From IMG/VR virus record IMGVR_UViG_2600255062_000003, positions 1 to 64,000 of that record: DNA of 64,000 nucleotides, one strand, 5' to 3'. The stretch is from a virus (lineage: Duplodnaviria > Caudoviricetes). A model generated the notes under the pieces. It was not told the DNA's origin. It searched no databases and was given only the letters and a program-made list of their open reading frames with translations. Below are positions 44,286 to 55,294 of the stretch, piece by piece. Both the position numbers and the translations under genes were made by a program. Position 1 is the first letter of the stretch. The number at the start of each line of letters is the position of its first letter.

Positions 44286-45122
44286 TTAAATTACGAATTT
44301 ATCGAACACTGGCAGTCTCAACATATTGTTTTTGGTATACCCCCTATGTTTAACAATACATTTAATAGCAGGCTGAAGATATACCGTATCACGAGTCTCT
44401 TTGGTCTTGAGTTGTTGAAAAACCTTATAACCTGCCTGTCTCTCTGCTTTTCCTACTCCCAGCTCCATTACCCCTAAGACACGCTCTCCATCTGATAGCA
44501 GCCATCCAAAATCTTCTTTTCTATAGCCAACAATAAAGAATTCTTCAATTTCATAAGCAATTATTTTTCTCCATGAGGAAGACCTTTTACCTATTTCATA
44601 TTTAGAGTCAATCAATTTTTGAACGGTTCCTTCTAATCCTTGCTGTTTAACCAAATCAAAATACTCTATACCTTTACCAACAAGAAACTTGGATTTTGTA
44701 TAGTAAGTATTTTCAATGAATGATTCATCAAGTAACTCCTTACGTTCGAGCAAAGACAGCTTAGTTATATCTTTCTTTTTATATTTAATGATATCAAACG
44801 CACATGCAGTAACTTTATGTTTACTTTTAATTGATTTAAATCTCTCCATAACTGCCGCAAAATTGGGCTTACCATCGATATCAGAAACGATCAGTTCACA
44901 ATCAATCACACTACCAACAGGAATAGATAACGAATCAATCAATTCAGGGAAGTTTGCCGTTATTTCGTTATTGTGTCGTGTATACAATCTAGGTCGATCA
45001 ATATTACTAACAATCAATCTTATTCCATCTAACTTTAATTCTGTTATAAAATTATCATCGTTAAATGGTTTATTGTCCTTTGAGTACTCTAGAAGCATTG
45101 GAGATACAAACATATTCATCAC
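44286..45122 (-). CDS. ATP-dependent DNA ligase
   Basis: ELKLDGIR, DCELIV, AFDI, LEGTVQK, OB-fold LRLPVF. Confidence 0.9.
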   Translation of the reverse strand: MMNMFVSPMLLEYSKDNKPFNDDNFITELKLDGIRLIVSNIDRPRLYTRHNNEITANFPELIDSLSIPVGSVIDCELIVSDIDGKPNFAAVMERFKSIKSKHKVTACAFDIIKYKKKDITKLSLLERKELLDESFIENTYYTKSKFLVGKGIEYFDLVKQQGLEGTVQKLIDSKYEIGKRSSSWRKIIAYEIEEFFIVGYRKEDFGWLLSDGERVLGVMELGVGKAERQAGYKVFQQLKTKETRDTVYLQPAIKCIVKHRGYTKNNMLRLPVFDKFVI

Positions 45123-45194
45123 CCATTTAACAGTATATCAAATGAGTATATACTATTTCTGCGGTAAGTTATGTATATCAGTAAAATTGAACTT

Positions 45195-46373
45195 TTACTC
45201 AAAAGGATCTTTGTTGTCTATCCATGCCTCATATTCTTCTTTTGGTACTTCCCGTACTACAAAACACTTCTTAGCAAAAATTTTATGGTCATCTTTATGG
45301 CTAAAGTCTTCATAAGGAATAATGACTTCAATTAAAACACCTTGATACGCATAATTAGACTCATCTATCTCTGAACGCTCATTGAAATACAGATATTTAT
45401 TTTCTGGAGTTGCCATTTGAGCAATTTTATATTCAAATTTCTTGTCCCAGTGACTAAAATAACGATCATCACGTTTATCAACAAACTTATAAAACTTACG
45501 AGATTCTATGTATTGTTTACCATCAAATTCTTCGACTTCTTCTAATTCTTTGCTGAACTTTTTGAGTGCTCCTTTTGCAGAAAGCTTGTATGTATAACCG
45601 TTAATTCTTGTGATTTTAGGCGTTTCCTTTTCAATTAGGTCTATAATATCATCTACGTTATTAAAGCTAATTTTTTCAGGTTTTTTGAAATAATCTTCGC
45701 TTAATGACAGATCAGCAATTTTATCAATCACTTTTGAGATACTAAATTCTTCTCCTTCATCCAAACTAATTAGCTTATCGTAGTTAATCCCGTACATTCC
45801 ACCTAAATGCTCTTTTAATTTCTCGATACTGTCAATTTCTAAGTCCATACAGCGTAAAGCGATTCGTAAGAATTCAGGTTTCGAAATGTAATATCCCTTA
45901 TCTTTATACTTTTGAACTCTCAACAACGATACAATTGGGAAGGCTGTATCTTTATTAAATCTAATCTGTCTCTGTGCATTATGCTTCAGGAAATCATTAT
46001 GTAGGATAAATTCTTCTGTTTTAAAATCAAATGCTCCCATGCAGATCGTAAAGTCAAAGCTATCAAATATCTGTTCAGCATTCTCAAAGTACTTAAAATG
46101 AATCAATTGCACTTCTTTATCATCTACTTTTACCAGCAACGCCTTTTTAGTCAATGCATGAACCCAATCGCTACTGTCTTCATAAATCCTCTCAACTAGT
46201 TCAACTAATGATGCTTCACTACGAAAATACAAATCGATATCATTGATTGGATTCCCACTAAACAAACTTGTAACAGTTCCACCAGCAATGAACACTTCAT
46301 GTTCCTTCAGTGTTTTTACAAGATGGCTTCCCAAGATATCGTACAACTTATTCTTTTCAAAGATATGACTCAT
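45195..46373 (-). CDS. Nucleotidyltransferase-fold protein
   Basis: FIAGG...NDIDLYF, FDFTICM, RVQKYKDKGY. Confidence 0.65.
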   Translation of the reverse strand: MSHIFEKNKLYDILGSHLVKTLKEHEVFIAGGTVTSLFSGNPINDIDLYFRSEASLVELVERIYEDSSDWVHALTKKALLVKVDDKEVQLIHFKYFENAEQIFDSFDFTICMGAFDFKTEEFILHNDFLKHNAQRQIRFNKDTAFPIVSLLRVQKYKDKGYYISKPEFLRIALRCMDLEIDSIEKLKEHLGGMYGINYDKLISLDEGEEFSISKVIDKIADLSLSEDYFKKPEKISFNNVDDIIDLIEKETPKITRINGYTYKLSAKGALKKFSKELEEVEEFDGKQYIESRKFYKFVDKRDDRYFSHWDKKFEYKIAQMATPENKYLYFNERSEIDESNYAYQGVLIEVIIPYEDFSHKDDHKIFAKKCFVVREVPKEEYEAWIDNKDPFE

Positions 46374-46444
46374 TCAATCTCTCCTCTATGTATTATTTCG
46401 TCCTCTAACACATAATATCATATATTATTATATTTGTATATATA

Positions 46445-46714
46445 CTATTTGAATGCCACATCTACATTTAAAGCTACTGCTAGTTTTATCAAGAAATCAA
46501 AACTTGGTACATAACTACTATCTTCCATCTCAGCAATTTCACCAGCATTCACTTTCGCAAGATCAGCCAAATCGTTAATCTCAATCTCTTCGTTTTTGCG
46601 CTTGTCTGCGATTACATTTGTCAGCTTTGCTTTTAATGTTATCTCTTTTTTCTCGTTTTTCGACTTGTAGTTTAACTTGCTCTTCAAATCTGTCCACGTT
46701 TTAAACTGTTCCAT
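46445..46714 (-). CDS. XRE-family HTH protein
   Basis: DLADLAKV...IAEME...PSFDFLIKLA. Confidence 0.7.
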   Translation of the reverse strand: MEQFKTWTDLKSKLNYKSKNEKKEITLKAKLTNVIADKRKNEEIEINDLADLAKVNAGEIAEMEDSSYVPSFDFLIKLAVALNVDVAFK

Positions 46715-46727
46715 ATGTATTTCCTCC

Positions 46728-46889
46728 TTATCGTACAACCCTTTTAATATAATCATGATAACTACCCAATTCTTTTAACCTTTCTCTTGCTGCATCTTCA
46801 GTTAAACGAACACTGTCAATTTCGCTTATCAAATATGACTTGGTTTCATAATCGAAAGAATCCTTTTTTACAACAATAAATACATCCAG
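46728..46889 (-). CDS. 53-aa hypothetical protein, CTG start
   Basis: GGAGGTG RBS then CTG; fills the intergenic gap. Confidence 0.55.
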   Translation of the reverse strand: MDVFIVVKKDSFDYETKSYLISEIDSVRLTEDAARERLKELGSYHDYIKRVVR

Positions 46890-47554
46890 AAGATCACCTC
46901 CCTATTTTAATCAAATCAACCTTTACTATTCTTGTTCTTTTAGTTCTTCTTCATTTATTACTTTTTGTTGCTTCTGATTACTTTGCTTAGATTTCGCTTT
47001 AATCCATTCAAAAAACTGTCGTGACTGCCCCACAGTGCAACACTCTAAAAACTGTTCTGGAGTTATTGCCAACGTTTCATTTAAATACTCTTCTAGCTCA
47101 TCGATAGAGGCATAAAAATAAAATTCACTGTATTGATTACTGGTAAGCAGTTTAATCTTATACTCTTGTTCGCTCATTGATGTAGTCTCCTTGTTGTCAT
47201 ATAAAATTGCATTAGTTCATTTAGTCTGTATCTAAGTAAACTTTTATTCAAATTAGCTCATTACCTTTAATTCTTTATGGATTTCTCGAAGCTCTTTGAT
47301 CGCAGATTTAATCTTTCGTTTATCTACTTTTTCATGATAGTATTCAATATCATCTATTAGGTGCTCTTTGAGTTGCTCATCAGTCATTTCAAACAACTCT
47401 AATCCACTCCACTCGTCCGACCAAATTGAACCAAGACACTGACGATTTTCAAATGTCGAAGAGGTGTCGCCATTAATATCGTAGTAAAGTTCCCAATACT
47501 TGTACTTTTTATTGATTTTCATTTTCCTGCCTCCATTATGGTAAAAGAAAGATT

Positions 47555-47806
47555 TTACTTTGATTCATCATACAACAGAATACCTTCAGTGAGCTTCCCC
47601 ACTGTTGTACTCAGTACACCAGCCATTTGTATTAAACGATCAATACTCACTTTAATCTCTGCATTCTCGTATCTATGAACTGTCTTCTTTGTAACTCCCA
47701 ATTCATCCGCTAGAGATTGTAAAGTGTGGTTCTTACTCTTTCTAGCCTTTTCAATATTCCTTCCAACTATCGTATAGAATCGCTCAGAATCAAAGTCGTG
47801 TGTCAC
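47555..47806 (-). CDS. XRE-family HTH regulator
   Basis: TLQSLADELGVTKKTVHRYE. Confidence 0.85.
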   Translation of the reverse strand: MTHDFDSERFYTIVGRNIEKARKSKNHTLQSLADELGVTKKTVHRYENAEIKVSIDRLIQMAGVLSTTVGKLTEGILLYDESK

Positions 47807-47852
47807 CTGTATCCTTCTTTCTATATTCTAATGAAAGGAAAATTTGATCGTA

Positions 47853-48681
47853 TTATAAATTCCGATCATATGCTCCTACTACAGTCAACCCAGTAATTTC
47901 TACTAAATTATACTGATAAAAATCCCTTTTTTCATCAACCATATCATTAATAGAGTTAGCTGCTTCTTGAAGTAAATCATCAATTGTGATTTTTTCTTCT
48001 GAAGTAATGATTAGGTCACGAGTAATGTCTTCTTCTTCATCGCTGTTTTCAACATGAATATTTATTATTACCTCGTAATAATACCGTGTTTGGATAAAAC
48101 TCTTTGTTGCCTTTTTATATTTCATAACAGCCAACCTCTTTCTTTTAAGTAAGATGTACATCTCCAGTATTCTTGATTCGAAGATATACCTCTCTTTTGT
48201 ATTCTTCTAGCTTTTCCTCAATCCTTCCCACTTTAATTCCAATTTCAGTTCGTTTAGTAATATCTTTATATTTCCTCATTCTTTTGTATAACTTACTTAC
48301 TTGCGATTTTCGTGCTTGTATTATGATGTTTTCCTTAAAGTTCATTTTTCTTTTGTCTATGTAAGCTGTAATATGAGCTTTAATTTCTGTTATGTTAAGC
48401 TCGTTACAAATTATAGCTCTATGATTCCCCCCGTAATAAACAATAAATTTATCCTCTTGTGGAATAAGGATTAACCCTATACCTCTTGGTTCAATATCTC
48501 TCCATCCTTCATTTTTGATTTTTTGTCTTAAGTATTTCAAATCCTCGTCCTCTAATTTACGTGACAACCCAATAATCTTGGCTGGATTAACAGTTAGAAC
48601 TCCCAATTCAACTGAAATGTAATTGCCACTGTCTTGTATTTGATCAATTACTTTTTCTGAATCAAGCCATTGCCTCACCAA
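47853..48681 (-). other. Two-gene module: ParB/Srx-like protein (48145-48681) and small acidic protein
   Basis: GGNHR motif in the first gene; bracketed by repeats at 47832 and 48708. Confidence 0.5.
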
Positions 48682-49219
48682 ATCTTCACCTCATTAATTA
48701 AATACGATAAAATGTACGATTTATCCAAACTCTTTTATTATATCAGTGACTTCCTCATCTTCTTTTCCTTCATCCCACACCAACTCTTGCTTGACTCCAA
48801 ACTCTTTCAAAACCGATTCGTAAAAATCTTTTGATATCTGGGTCTTTCCTGACGTGTATCCTTCATCAAAACACATATAGTAGTTTGAGTTATTTTTAAA
48901 ATATGTAATGTTCATACCATAATATGTAGGCAATTGAAAACCAATCATTATGAACCTCCTATGAAATATTTGTTTTACCTACTGCTTTCATCCTCATAGA
49001 CACACTTAGACATCCAAGCATCGAATTTTTCTTTCAAATGTCTGTACTCTTCAACCAATTTGTCAGAAACTTCTTTGTTAGGATTCTGATTGACAATGGT
49101 GTATTCAATAATTCTTCTTTCCGATTCACGTAGTCTAGATTCCATATCTTTTAGTTGACTGTATAAATTACCAAGCCCATGTTTAATCAAGTTGCCACTC
49201 TCCTCACTTTTGCTTTTAA

Positions 49220-49912
49220 TCAAATCTCAATCATATCTGTATACATCAATCTCTGTTTATTTGGTAGCTCAAAATCATGGTGAAAATGCCCAAAATACCA
49301 TTGTTTATAATCTACTTTTTTCTCTATATTATAAAAATAAGGATGCATTTCATCCAAATCCATGTGAATGCCACAACGTTGCGTAATGTACTCTAATGCT
49401 GGGGTTGAACACGTGTGAGTCAGTATGTAATCAACTTTCCAATCATGCTTTTTCAAATTCTTCAATCCTTCTTTGTATTCCTCTTCTGATGGCATTTCAC
49501 GTTTCCACCACGACTTACCTTCCTTACGATACTCTTTGTCATGTGACGCAGCTCCACCAAACGTAAAGAACTTCTTACCTTCAATATCAAACACCTGTCC
49601 GCGCATCAAATGAATTACGCTATTGTTAATCTTATGTACTTTCCCACCATTCCATTGGCTCACTGGATACTCCTCAAGCAAATCAAAGTTCTCATGATTG
49701 CCATCAATAAAGAGTGTTGTAAATGGTTTCGTCTTGTTTAACCACTTCAGCCAATACTGATCCTCTTTATCGCCATTCCACAGTAATCCAAAGTCTCCAA
49801 CAATAATAACATAGTCTTTCTTGGTCATTTCTTTTTGTTGTGGGAAATTTCTAGTATTAAGACGCTTATTTACACTTATTGTTCCATGAATGTCTCCAGT
49901 CACATAGATCAC
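49220..49912 (-). CDS. Calcineurin-like metallophosphoesterase
   Basis: GDIHG, GDFG, GNHE, THT, GHFH. Confidence 0.88.
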   Translation of the reverse strand: MIYVTGDIHGTISVNKRLNTRNFPQQKEMTKKDYVIIVGDFGLLWNGDKEDQYWLKWLNKTKPFTTLFIDGNHENFDLLEEYPVSQWNGGKVHKINNSVIHLMRGQVFDIEGKKFFTFGGAASHDKEYRKEGKSWWKREMPSEEEYKEGLKNLKKHDWKVDYILTHTCSTPALEYITQRCGIHMDLDEMHPYFYNIEKKVDYKQWYFGHFHHDFELPNKQRLMYTDMIEI

Positions 49913-50892
49913 TTATTGCGTTCATCCTTTCTTGTAAAAGTCATATTTTATTTAGTCCTCAGTATACCATTGTCCTTCCAAGATCAACGCACCATTCAAT
50001 GGTTGAAAATGTTCCCTCCAAGCCGTAACTATATCATAACTATAGACAGTTTCTCGGTAGATGCATTTAGCCTTTTTGTCAAGCAAATCCCATCTCTGTA
50101 GCGCCTCCATAAATTCGCAAGCCCGATATCCCTCAAACATCTCAATTCTCCTTTCTACTTAAAACTCACATTTTATTCTGTTTCGAAACTAACTAATTCG
50201 GTCGGTACCAATTTAATTAATCCTGTCGTTGTTTCACATAATGAATACCCATCTTCATAATTGTAGATAACCTCTACTCTAAGATATCTTTCAAAATCCT
50301 CATATTTTTTAGATAAAAACCCCGTCTTACCAATGTACTTGTTATCATCTAAATATTTACCAATTTTTAAATATTGTTCTCTATATTCCATGAATGAATC
50401 TAACAGTTCAGATGCCTTATCTGTACCAATTTCTTTTTCTAATTTAAAATATAGGTCATTTTCAAGATCACGATAATCCATGTGAATTTTAAACATGTCC
50501 TTGTTCATTGTAAGTTCTCTCTCCTCGTAAAAGTGTTATTTTACTCACTCTTCTCAGATATTAACTCTTTCAATCTGTTAATTTCATATCCACACGAAGT
50601 ATATTCTCGTACACACTTATATTTTTCTTCCAATTTCTCCTGTTTGGTAAATAAGCGCTTCATCTGTCGTTTGTACTCAATTATTTCTGGGGAATCCCAC
50701 TCCTTGGGTTCACATATCAATTCATATGAATTTTTCAACCAGTATTCACCACCAATAAAATTATCTTTTTACTCTAGCTATCATACCTTCCTCGATGCTT
50801 ATCATAACAATATTATACAACATTTTCCTATGTATTTCCCGATAACTTATACATATAATATTATTATATTTGTTTATATAAGTCAAGCTGAA

Positions 50893-51285
50893 TCAATCCA
50901 GCCTGACCAATTTACTCAAGTCAACATCCATGTAGGCTGCTATCCTTACTTCTACATCATTCCTGATTTTAGACCAAAGAAATCGCATAGTGTGAGTATA
51001 TCCACGACATAGATACTCAGTCACCAAATCTTTGTCTGACCTAACCCCATCAAACACCTTTATTCCACGCTGCCTCATTTTTTGACGGACAACTTTCAAA
51101 TCCGTCAACACTCTACTTTGCAAGCTCTCTAGATATAAAATAAACAATTCCTTCATTTTTAGGTCATACTTCTTGATCTTGTTTATGTTAAGCTCCAGCA
51201 CATCCAACACATAAGGTAGCTGTATAAAATCAATTACAAGCTGAGTGTCTTCATTAGATGTTATATAATTGCTCATGCTGTACAC
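50893..51285 (-). CDS. Hypothetical protein, probably SOS-regulated
   Basis: 130-aa ORF preceded by a LexA box. Confidence 0.6.
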   Translation of the reverse strand: MYSMSNYITSNEDTQLVIDFIQLPYVLDVLELNINKIKKYDLKMKELFILYLESLQSRVLTDLKVVRQKMRQRGIKVFDGVRSDKDLVTEYLCRGYTHTMRFLWSKIRNDVEVRIAAYMDVDLSKLVRLD

Positions 51286-51293
51286 ACACTCCT

Positions 51294-51307
51294 AGAACGT
51301 TTGTTCT
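51294..51307. promoter_or_regulatory. LexA (Cheo) box
   Basis: AGAAC-GTTT-GTTCT matches Firmicute GAAC-N4-GTTC and abuts the RBS. Confidence 0.7.
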
Positions 51308-51853
51308 TATAGTGTACAACTAACTAAATAACTATTCAATAGCATCGTATCTAAACATATTCCCATCTGCCTCAATAAGAACTCTTTGTCCAACATATTC
51401 GCCATCTATGTATAATTCAAATTCATTTCCCTTGTGTTCAACCAAGAGAGCATTTGAAGGGATATTTCCGTAGTTTCTCGTAAACTCCTCTCCAGTGGGC
51501 AACTCAAACCGAACAACAATTAGATTATTCATGTGATTTGTTTTAAGGTAAATTCGAAATACATTGTCTGTCTTGGGTGGAAACTGATACTGAACATTTG
51601 CTTTCTGTTTTGCCATTATGTATTCTCCTATCTTGGTAAAACGATGCTTTTATTTGCTTTTATCTTTTATGTACTCTTCTACTTCAATCATAAATAAATC
51701 AATTTTCACATTCAGCCCCACTCTCAGTTCTTACCCCCCAATTTGAAACCACAATATTCAAGGCACAAATCTAGAATGTAAGATGAAGAACTGTATTAAC
51801 ACCAAAGTAAATGGTAATGATGCTAATGAAAAAAACGAAAGCGAGGTGGAAAT

Positions 51854-52033
51854 ATGATAAAGGTAGAAAAAATGAGTGATAAAGAAATAAAGATTACATT
51901 GCCAGAAAATATGCATGTAGGAAAAGAACAACCTGATGTTACTGAGTTATATCATGCTTTAACTAATCAACTTGTGCCAGTGCCAAATCGTGCCGACGAT
52001 CATGATGTTTGCATCATTCAAGTAGGCCATTAG
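51854..52033 (+). CDS. Putative RiPP precursor peptide, 59 aa (not in ORF track)
   Basis: GAGGTGG RBS; MIKVEKMSDKEIKITLPENMHVGKEQPDVTELYHALTNQLVPVPNRADDHDVCIIQVGH; directly upstream of SPASM enzyme. Confidence 0.75.
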   Translation: MIKVEKMSDKEIKITLPENMHVGKEQPDVTELYHALTNQLVPVPNRADDHDVCIIQVGH

Positions 52034-52044
52034 TCAATATTATC

Positions 52045-52096
52045 CCTTAATACCGACGTACCTTAATATTTGGTGTACGCTAGGTATTAAGGTTTT
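52045..52096 (+). terminator. Stem-loop between peptide and maturase genes
   Basis: CCTTAATACC/GGTATTAAGG outer stem, CGTAC/GTACG inner stem, then TTTT. Confidence 0.7.
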
Positions 52097-52112
52097 AAAA
52101 AGGAGCACTAAT

Positions 52113-53450
52113 ATGAAACTTAAACCATCTAATTATAACTTACTTATTAATGATAAAGATGAAGATTATTATCTGAATACCTATACAGGTTCGACGCTTA
52201 GATTAACTAAAAGAGCCTCAAAAGATTTATTATATATAATTAATAAAATCGAGAAATATGATGACATTGGATTGGAGTTCCAGTTAATTGTTGAACTATT
52301 ATTGGAGCATGGATTTGTTTTACCTTACGAATCTGATGAGTTAACTCTTGTTTTTAATACTTTTAATGAACGCCGCAAAAATAAATCTGCACTATCTCTC
52401 CTAATCACACCTACTTTGAAATGTAATATGAAATGTTTCTACTGTTATCAAGATCGTAATAATCAAAGTAACTTAAACAAACATGATATTTCTTCAATTG
52501 TTAGTTTTGCCGCTGAAAAACTAGAACAATCAAATCGACTTCGTGTTACTTGGTTCGGTGGAGAACCTCTATTCGATAAGGGCTTTTTGTTTGAATGTTC
52601 AAATGCTTTGATAGAATTAGCGAAAAACCGCTATATCGATTACAGTGCGACAATAGTCTCCAATGCTTACTTATTAGATACTGAAACATTACTTAATTTA
52701 GTCAAACATAAAGTTAAAAATATTCAAGTTACTCTAGATGGATCGCAAGTTTTTCATGATAAGGTTAGACGACATTTAAATGTTGCAACAAATAAAAGAG
52801 AAGCATCATTTGAGAAAATAATAAACAATATTAATCTGGCTTCCAATTATTTAGATATTACTGTAAGAGTTAATGTATCGATTATAAACATGACTAGTAT
52901 AGAAAATTTAATTAATGAACTTGCAAAAGCTAACCTACAAAGTAAAATCAAAAATATATATTTTCATCCTATTTACAATTATAACACTATAAATTCCAAT
53001 TCTAACTACAAACCTACAGAAGGTACACATCTTACAATTCAGCAGTTTGCTAAGTTAGAAGTTGAGTGGTTGCGCCAAGCCTATAATAAAGGGTTCAAAA
53101 TTAACTTTCCGCTCAAATCGGGCTGCTCTGCTCTTCAAGAAAACAGTTTTATAATTGAAAGCAACGGCGAAGTGAAAAAATGCAATAATGATATTGGAAA
53201 AAGTGGTACGGCTTTTACGACAATTTATACAACTGAATTAATTTCAAAATTCAATATTGATAATTGGAAAAATTATCACCCAGAAACAATAACTGAATGC
53301 AGAAACTGTATGTTTCTTCCTGTTTGCTTTTCCAACTGTCCACATAGAAATATGAATTCTGCTGAAAGAAAGCCAGATAAGTGTCCTTCCTTCAAATACA
53401 ACTGGCGAGAAGTACTTCCTTTTGTCTTAAATCAAATGTCAAAAGATTGA
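52113..53450 (+). CDS. Radical SAM/SPASM peptide maturase
   Basis: CNMKCFYC, WFGGEPL, QVTLDG; SPASM cysteines GC...KC...CRNC.FLPVC...CP...C; ~90-aa N-terminal extension. Confidence 0.9.
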   Translation: MKLKPSNYNLLINDKDEDYYLNTYTGSTLRLTKRASKDLLYIINKIEKYDDIGLEFQLIVELLLEHGFVLPYESDELTLVFNTFNERRKNKSALSLLITPTLKCNMKCFYCYQDRNNQSNLNKHDISSIVSFAAEKLEQSNRLRVTWFGGEPLFDKGFLFECSNALIELAKNRYIDYSATIVSNAYLLDTETLLNLVKHKVKNIQVTLDGSQVFHDKVRRHLNVATNKREASFEKIINNINLASNYLDITVRVNVSIINMTSIENLINELAKANLQSKIKNIYFHPIYNYNTINSNSNYKPTEGTHLTIQQFAKLEVEWLRQAYNKGFKINFPLKSGCSALQENSFIIESNGEVKKCNNDIGKSGTAFTTIYTTELISKFNIDNWKNYHPETITECRNCMFLPVCFSNCPHRNMNSAERKPDKCPSFKYNWREVLPFVLNQMSKD

Positions 53451-53502
53451 AATTATTAAAGATCAAATGTTCATTTTATCATTTAATAAGCAACACATAG
53501 TA

Positions 53503-54315
53503 CTATTCAAGTGCAGCACGATGTCTTAATTTTGACCAGTCTTTATCTGGATAAGTAAACCTCATTGCTTTGTATGGGCTACTATTGAAATAATTTGCTA
53601 AAATGTTCCCTAAACCTGACTCTTTAAAATGTGTATATTTGAGGTTATCTAATGTTTGTTCATAATCCCAACTTAAACGTTCTTCAATCAGCCATTTGAA
53701 ACTCTCTTTCATATCTGATTCAGTCCATGTGGGTAATTTTTTAAACTCCCAAATTTTGAAATCATATTCCTCGAAGCAATAACTAAGTAATTCATATAAA
53801 CCTGAAGAATCTCTGTCTATTAATTCTCCATACGCACCTTGGTGAAATGCAGCATACATTTTTTTGAACCCATATTCATTAAAATCCTTGCTAATGTTAT
53901 TTATGATTTCATGTCTTCCCCACTTTAACTTATCGTTAAATACCCATCTAACCGCTTTTTTAATTGTTTCGTCATCCCAACATCCATTTGGAGATGTTTT
54001 CATTTCCCAAGGATGAAAGTTCCATTCAGGAAATGTTTCTTTTACAGCAAGATATGGACTTTTCTCAAAGTACTTTCCAAATCCTGTTGCTAATTTGACC
54101 TTACCAAACCATTTTGCCGTTATATTTTCTAATGCCATTTCTTTATCCCAGCCATAAATACATTCAACTGCAAATCTTAAACATCTTTTATAAAAGTAAA
54201 CCCCTGTCTTATCATCACTCCAAGTACCATCAGGAAACCTCTTTATTTTCCCATTCAGAACTTCTTGATAAGTGGCAATTATATCTCTAGTTACGTTCTC
54301 AACCATACCTCTCAC
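53503..54315 (-). CDS. DUF4046-like repeat protein
   Basis: FPDGTW and repeated SPY...FP...WE...W units. Confidence 0.6.
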   Translation of the reverse strand: MRGMVENVTRDIIATYQEVLNGKIKRFPDGTWSDDKTGVYFYKRCLRFAVECIYGWDKEMALENITAKWFGKVKLATGFGKYFEKSPYLAVKETFPEWNFHPWEMKTSPNGCWDDETIKKAVRWVFNDKLKWGRHEIINNISKDFNEYGFKKMYAAFHQGAYGELIDRDSSGLYELLSYCFEEYDFKIWEFKKLPTWTESDMKESFKWLIEERLSWDYEQTLDNLKYTHFKESGLGNILANYFNSSPYKAMRFTYPDKDWSKLRHRAALE

Positions 54316-54368
54316 TCATTTCTTATTGTAGTTCATACTATTCTAATCTAGATTTACTGCAATTGAAA

Positions 54369-54692
54369 CTAAGTGGTAGACTTTTTGCAACTCATACAGA
54401 CGCAACACATATTTTTGGGGCTTCTTATCCCACCATCAGAAGGAGGCACTATATAATCCGTGCTCTCACCTTTATTGCCACAGTAAACGCAAGTATTTTC
54501 GTCAATCTTCCTAACGTATCTTCGTAAACTTCTTCTGTCAAACAGTTTATAAATTGTATACGGATTAGCAATCACAGCAGATCCTTCGTGCACCATTTTT
54601 ATTGCCTTTTTATATGGAACTATATTTAAGTATTTGACCCCTAAAGCTTTAATGGGCTTAACAGTAACCCATTCCTGTTTGAAGAGTTTCAC
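54369..54692 (-). CDS. Degenerate HNH-like protein
   Basis: CVYCG...TDYIVP..DGG...N...CMSC; catalytic His appears replaced by Tyr. Confidence 0.6.
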   Translation of the reverse strand: MKLFKQEWVTVKPIKALGVKYLNIVPYKKAIKMVHEGSAVIANPYTIYKLFDRRSLRRYVRKIDENTCVYCGNKGESTDYIVPPSDGGIRSPKNMCCVCMSCKKSTT

Positions 54693-55262
54693 TTAATACA
54701 CCCCCTAAAATATGTATTTCATCTTAAATCTCTAGTGTGAAACCATCACACTCATTGATCTCGCACTCATTTTCGAACTTGTCTTGAATATTCTCATTTG
54801 GATTACTACACGTTTCGAAGCAAGCGTATTCCACTTGCTGCATCGGATCTCCACATTCATGCCAAAAATGCTCACACTTTAAACAGATACTGTCTGTATT
54901 TACCTTCATTTTTCACCTCTCTATGATTAGATAAGTTTAATCTCTACTTTTCGAATTGCTTTTGGTACAATACACTCTCCGAAATATGCCCATCCACAAT
55001 CCTGACTAACTAAATCATGAAATTGTGTTTCTGCATAATCCTCAGATAAAAATTCAGCGTTATAAAAGTCTCTGCGAGAATAAACTCTGATGTCTGTATC
55101 TGATTCTTGTTCAAATTTCGCAAACCTTCCATTTGCTAATTCAATGACACATTTTTCAATCTTCATTAAGACCCTCCCCATCATCCCTTCGTTTTATAAA
55201 ACCTATTAAAAACACTCTCTTAATGTTCACGTAAAACACGCATTTTATAATAAAATTAAACT

Positions 55263-55285
55263 GAGGGAGGGATCTCACCTCCCTC
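55263..55285 (-). terminator. Terminator of the kinase gene
   Basis: GAGGGAGG/CCTCCCTC 8-bp stem 10 nt after the stop. Confidence 0.75.
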
Positions 55286-55294
55286 TTTAAACAA

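Noticed and set aside
52113-53450. Radical SAM gene as the missing NrdG or as a sulfatase maturase
   Set aside because: Too long for NrdG and has a SPASM domain; there is no sulfatase nearby but there is an adjacent peptide.
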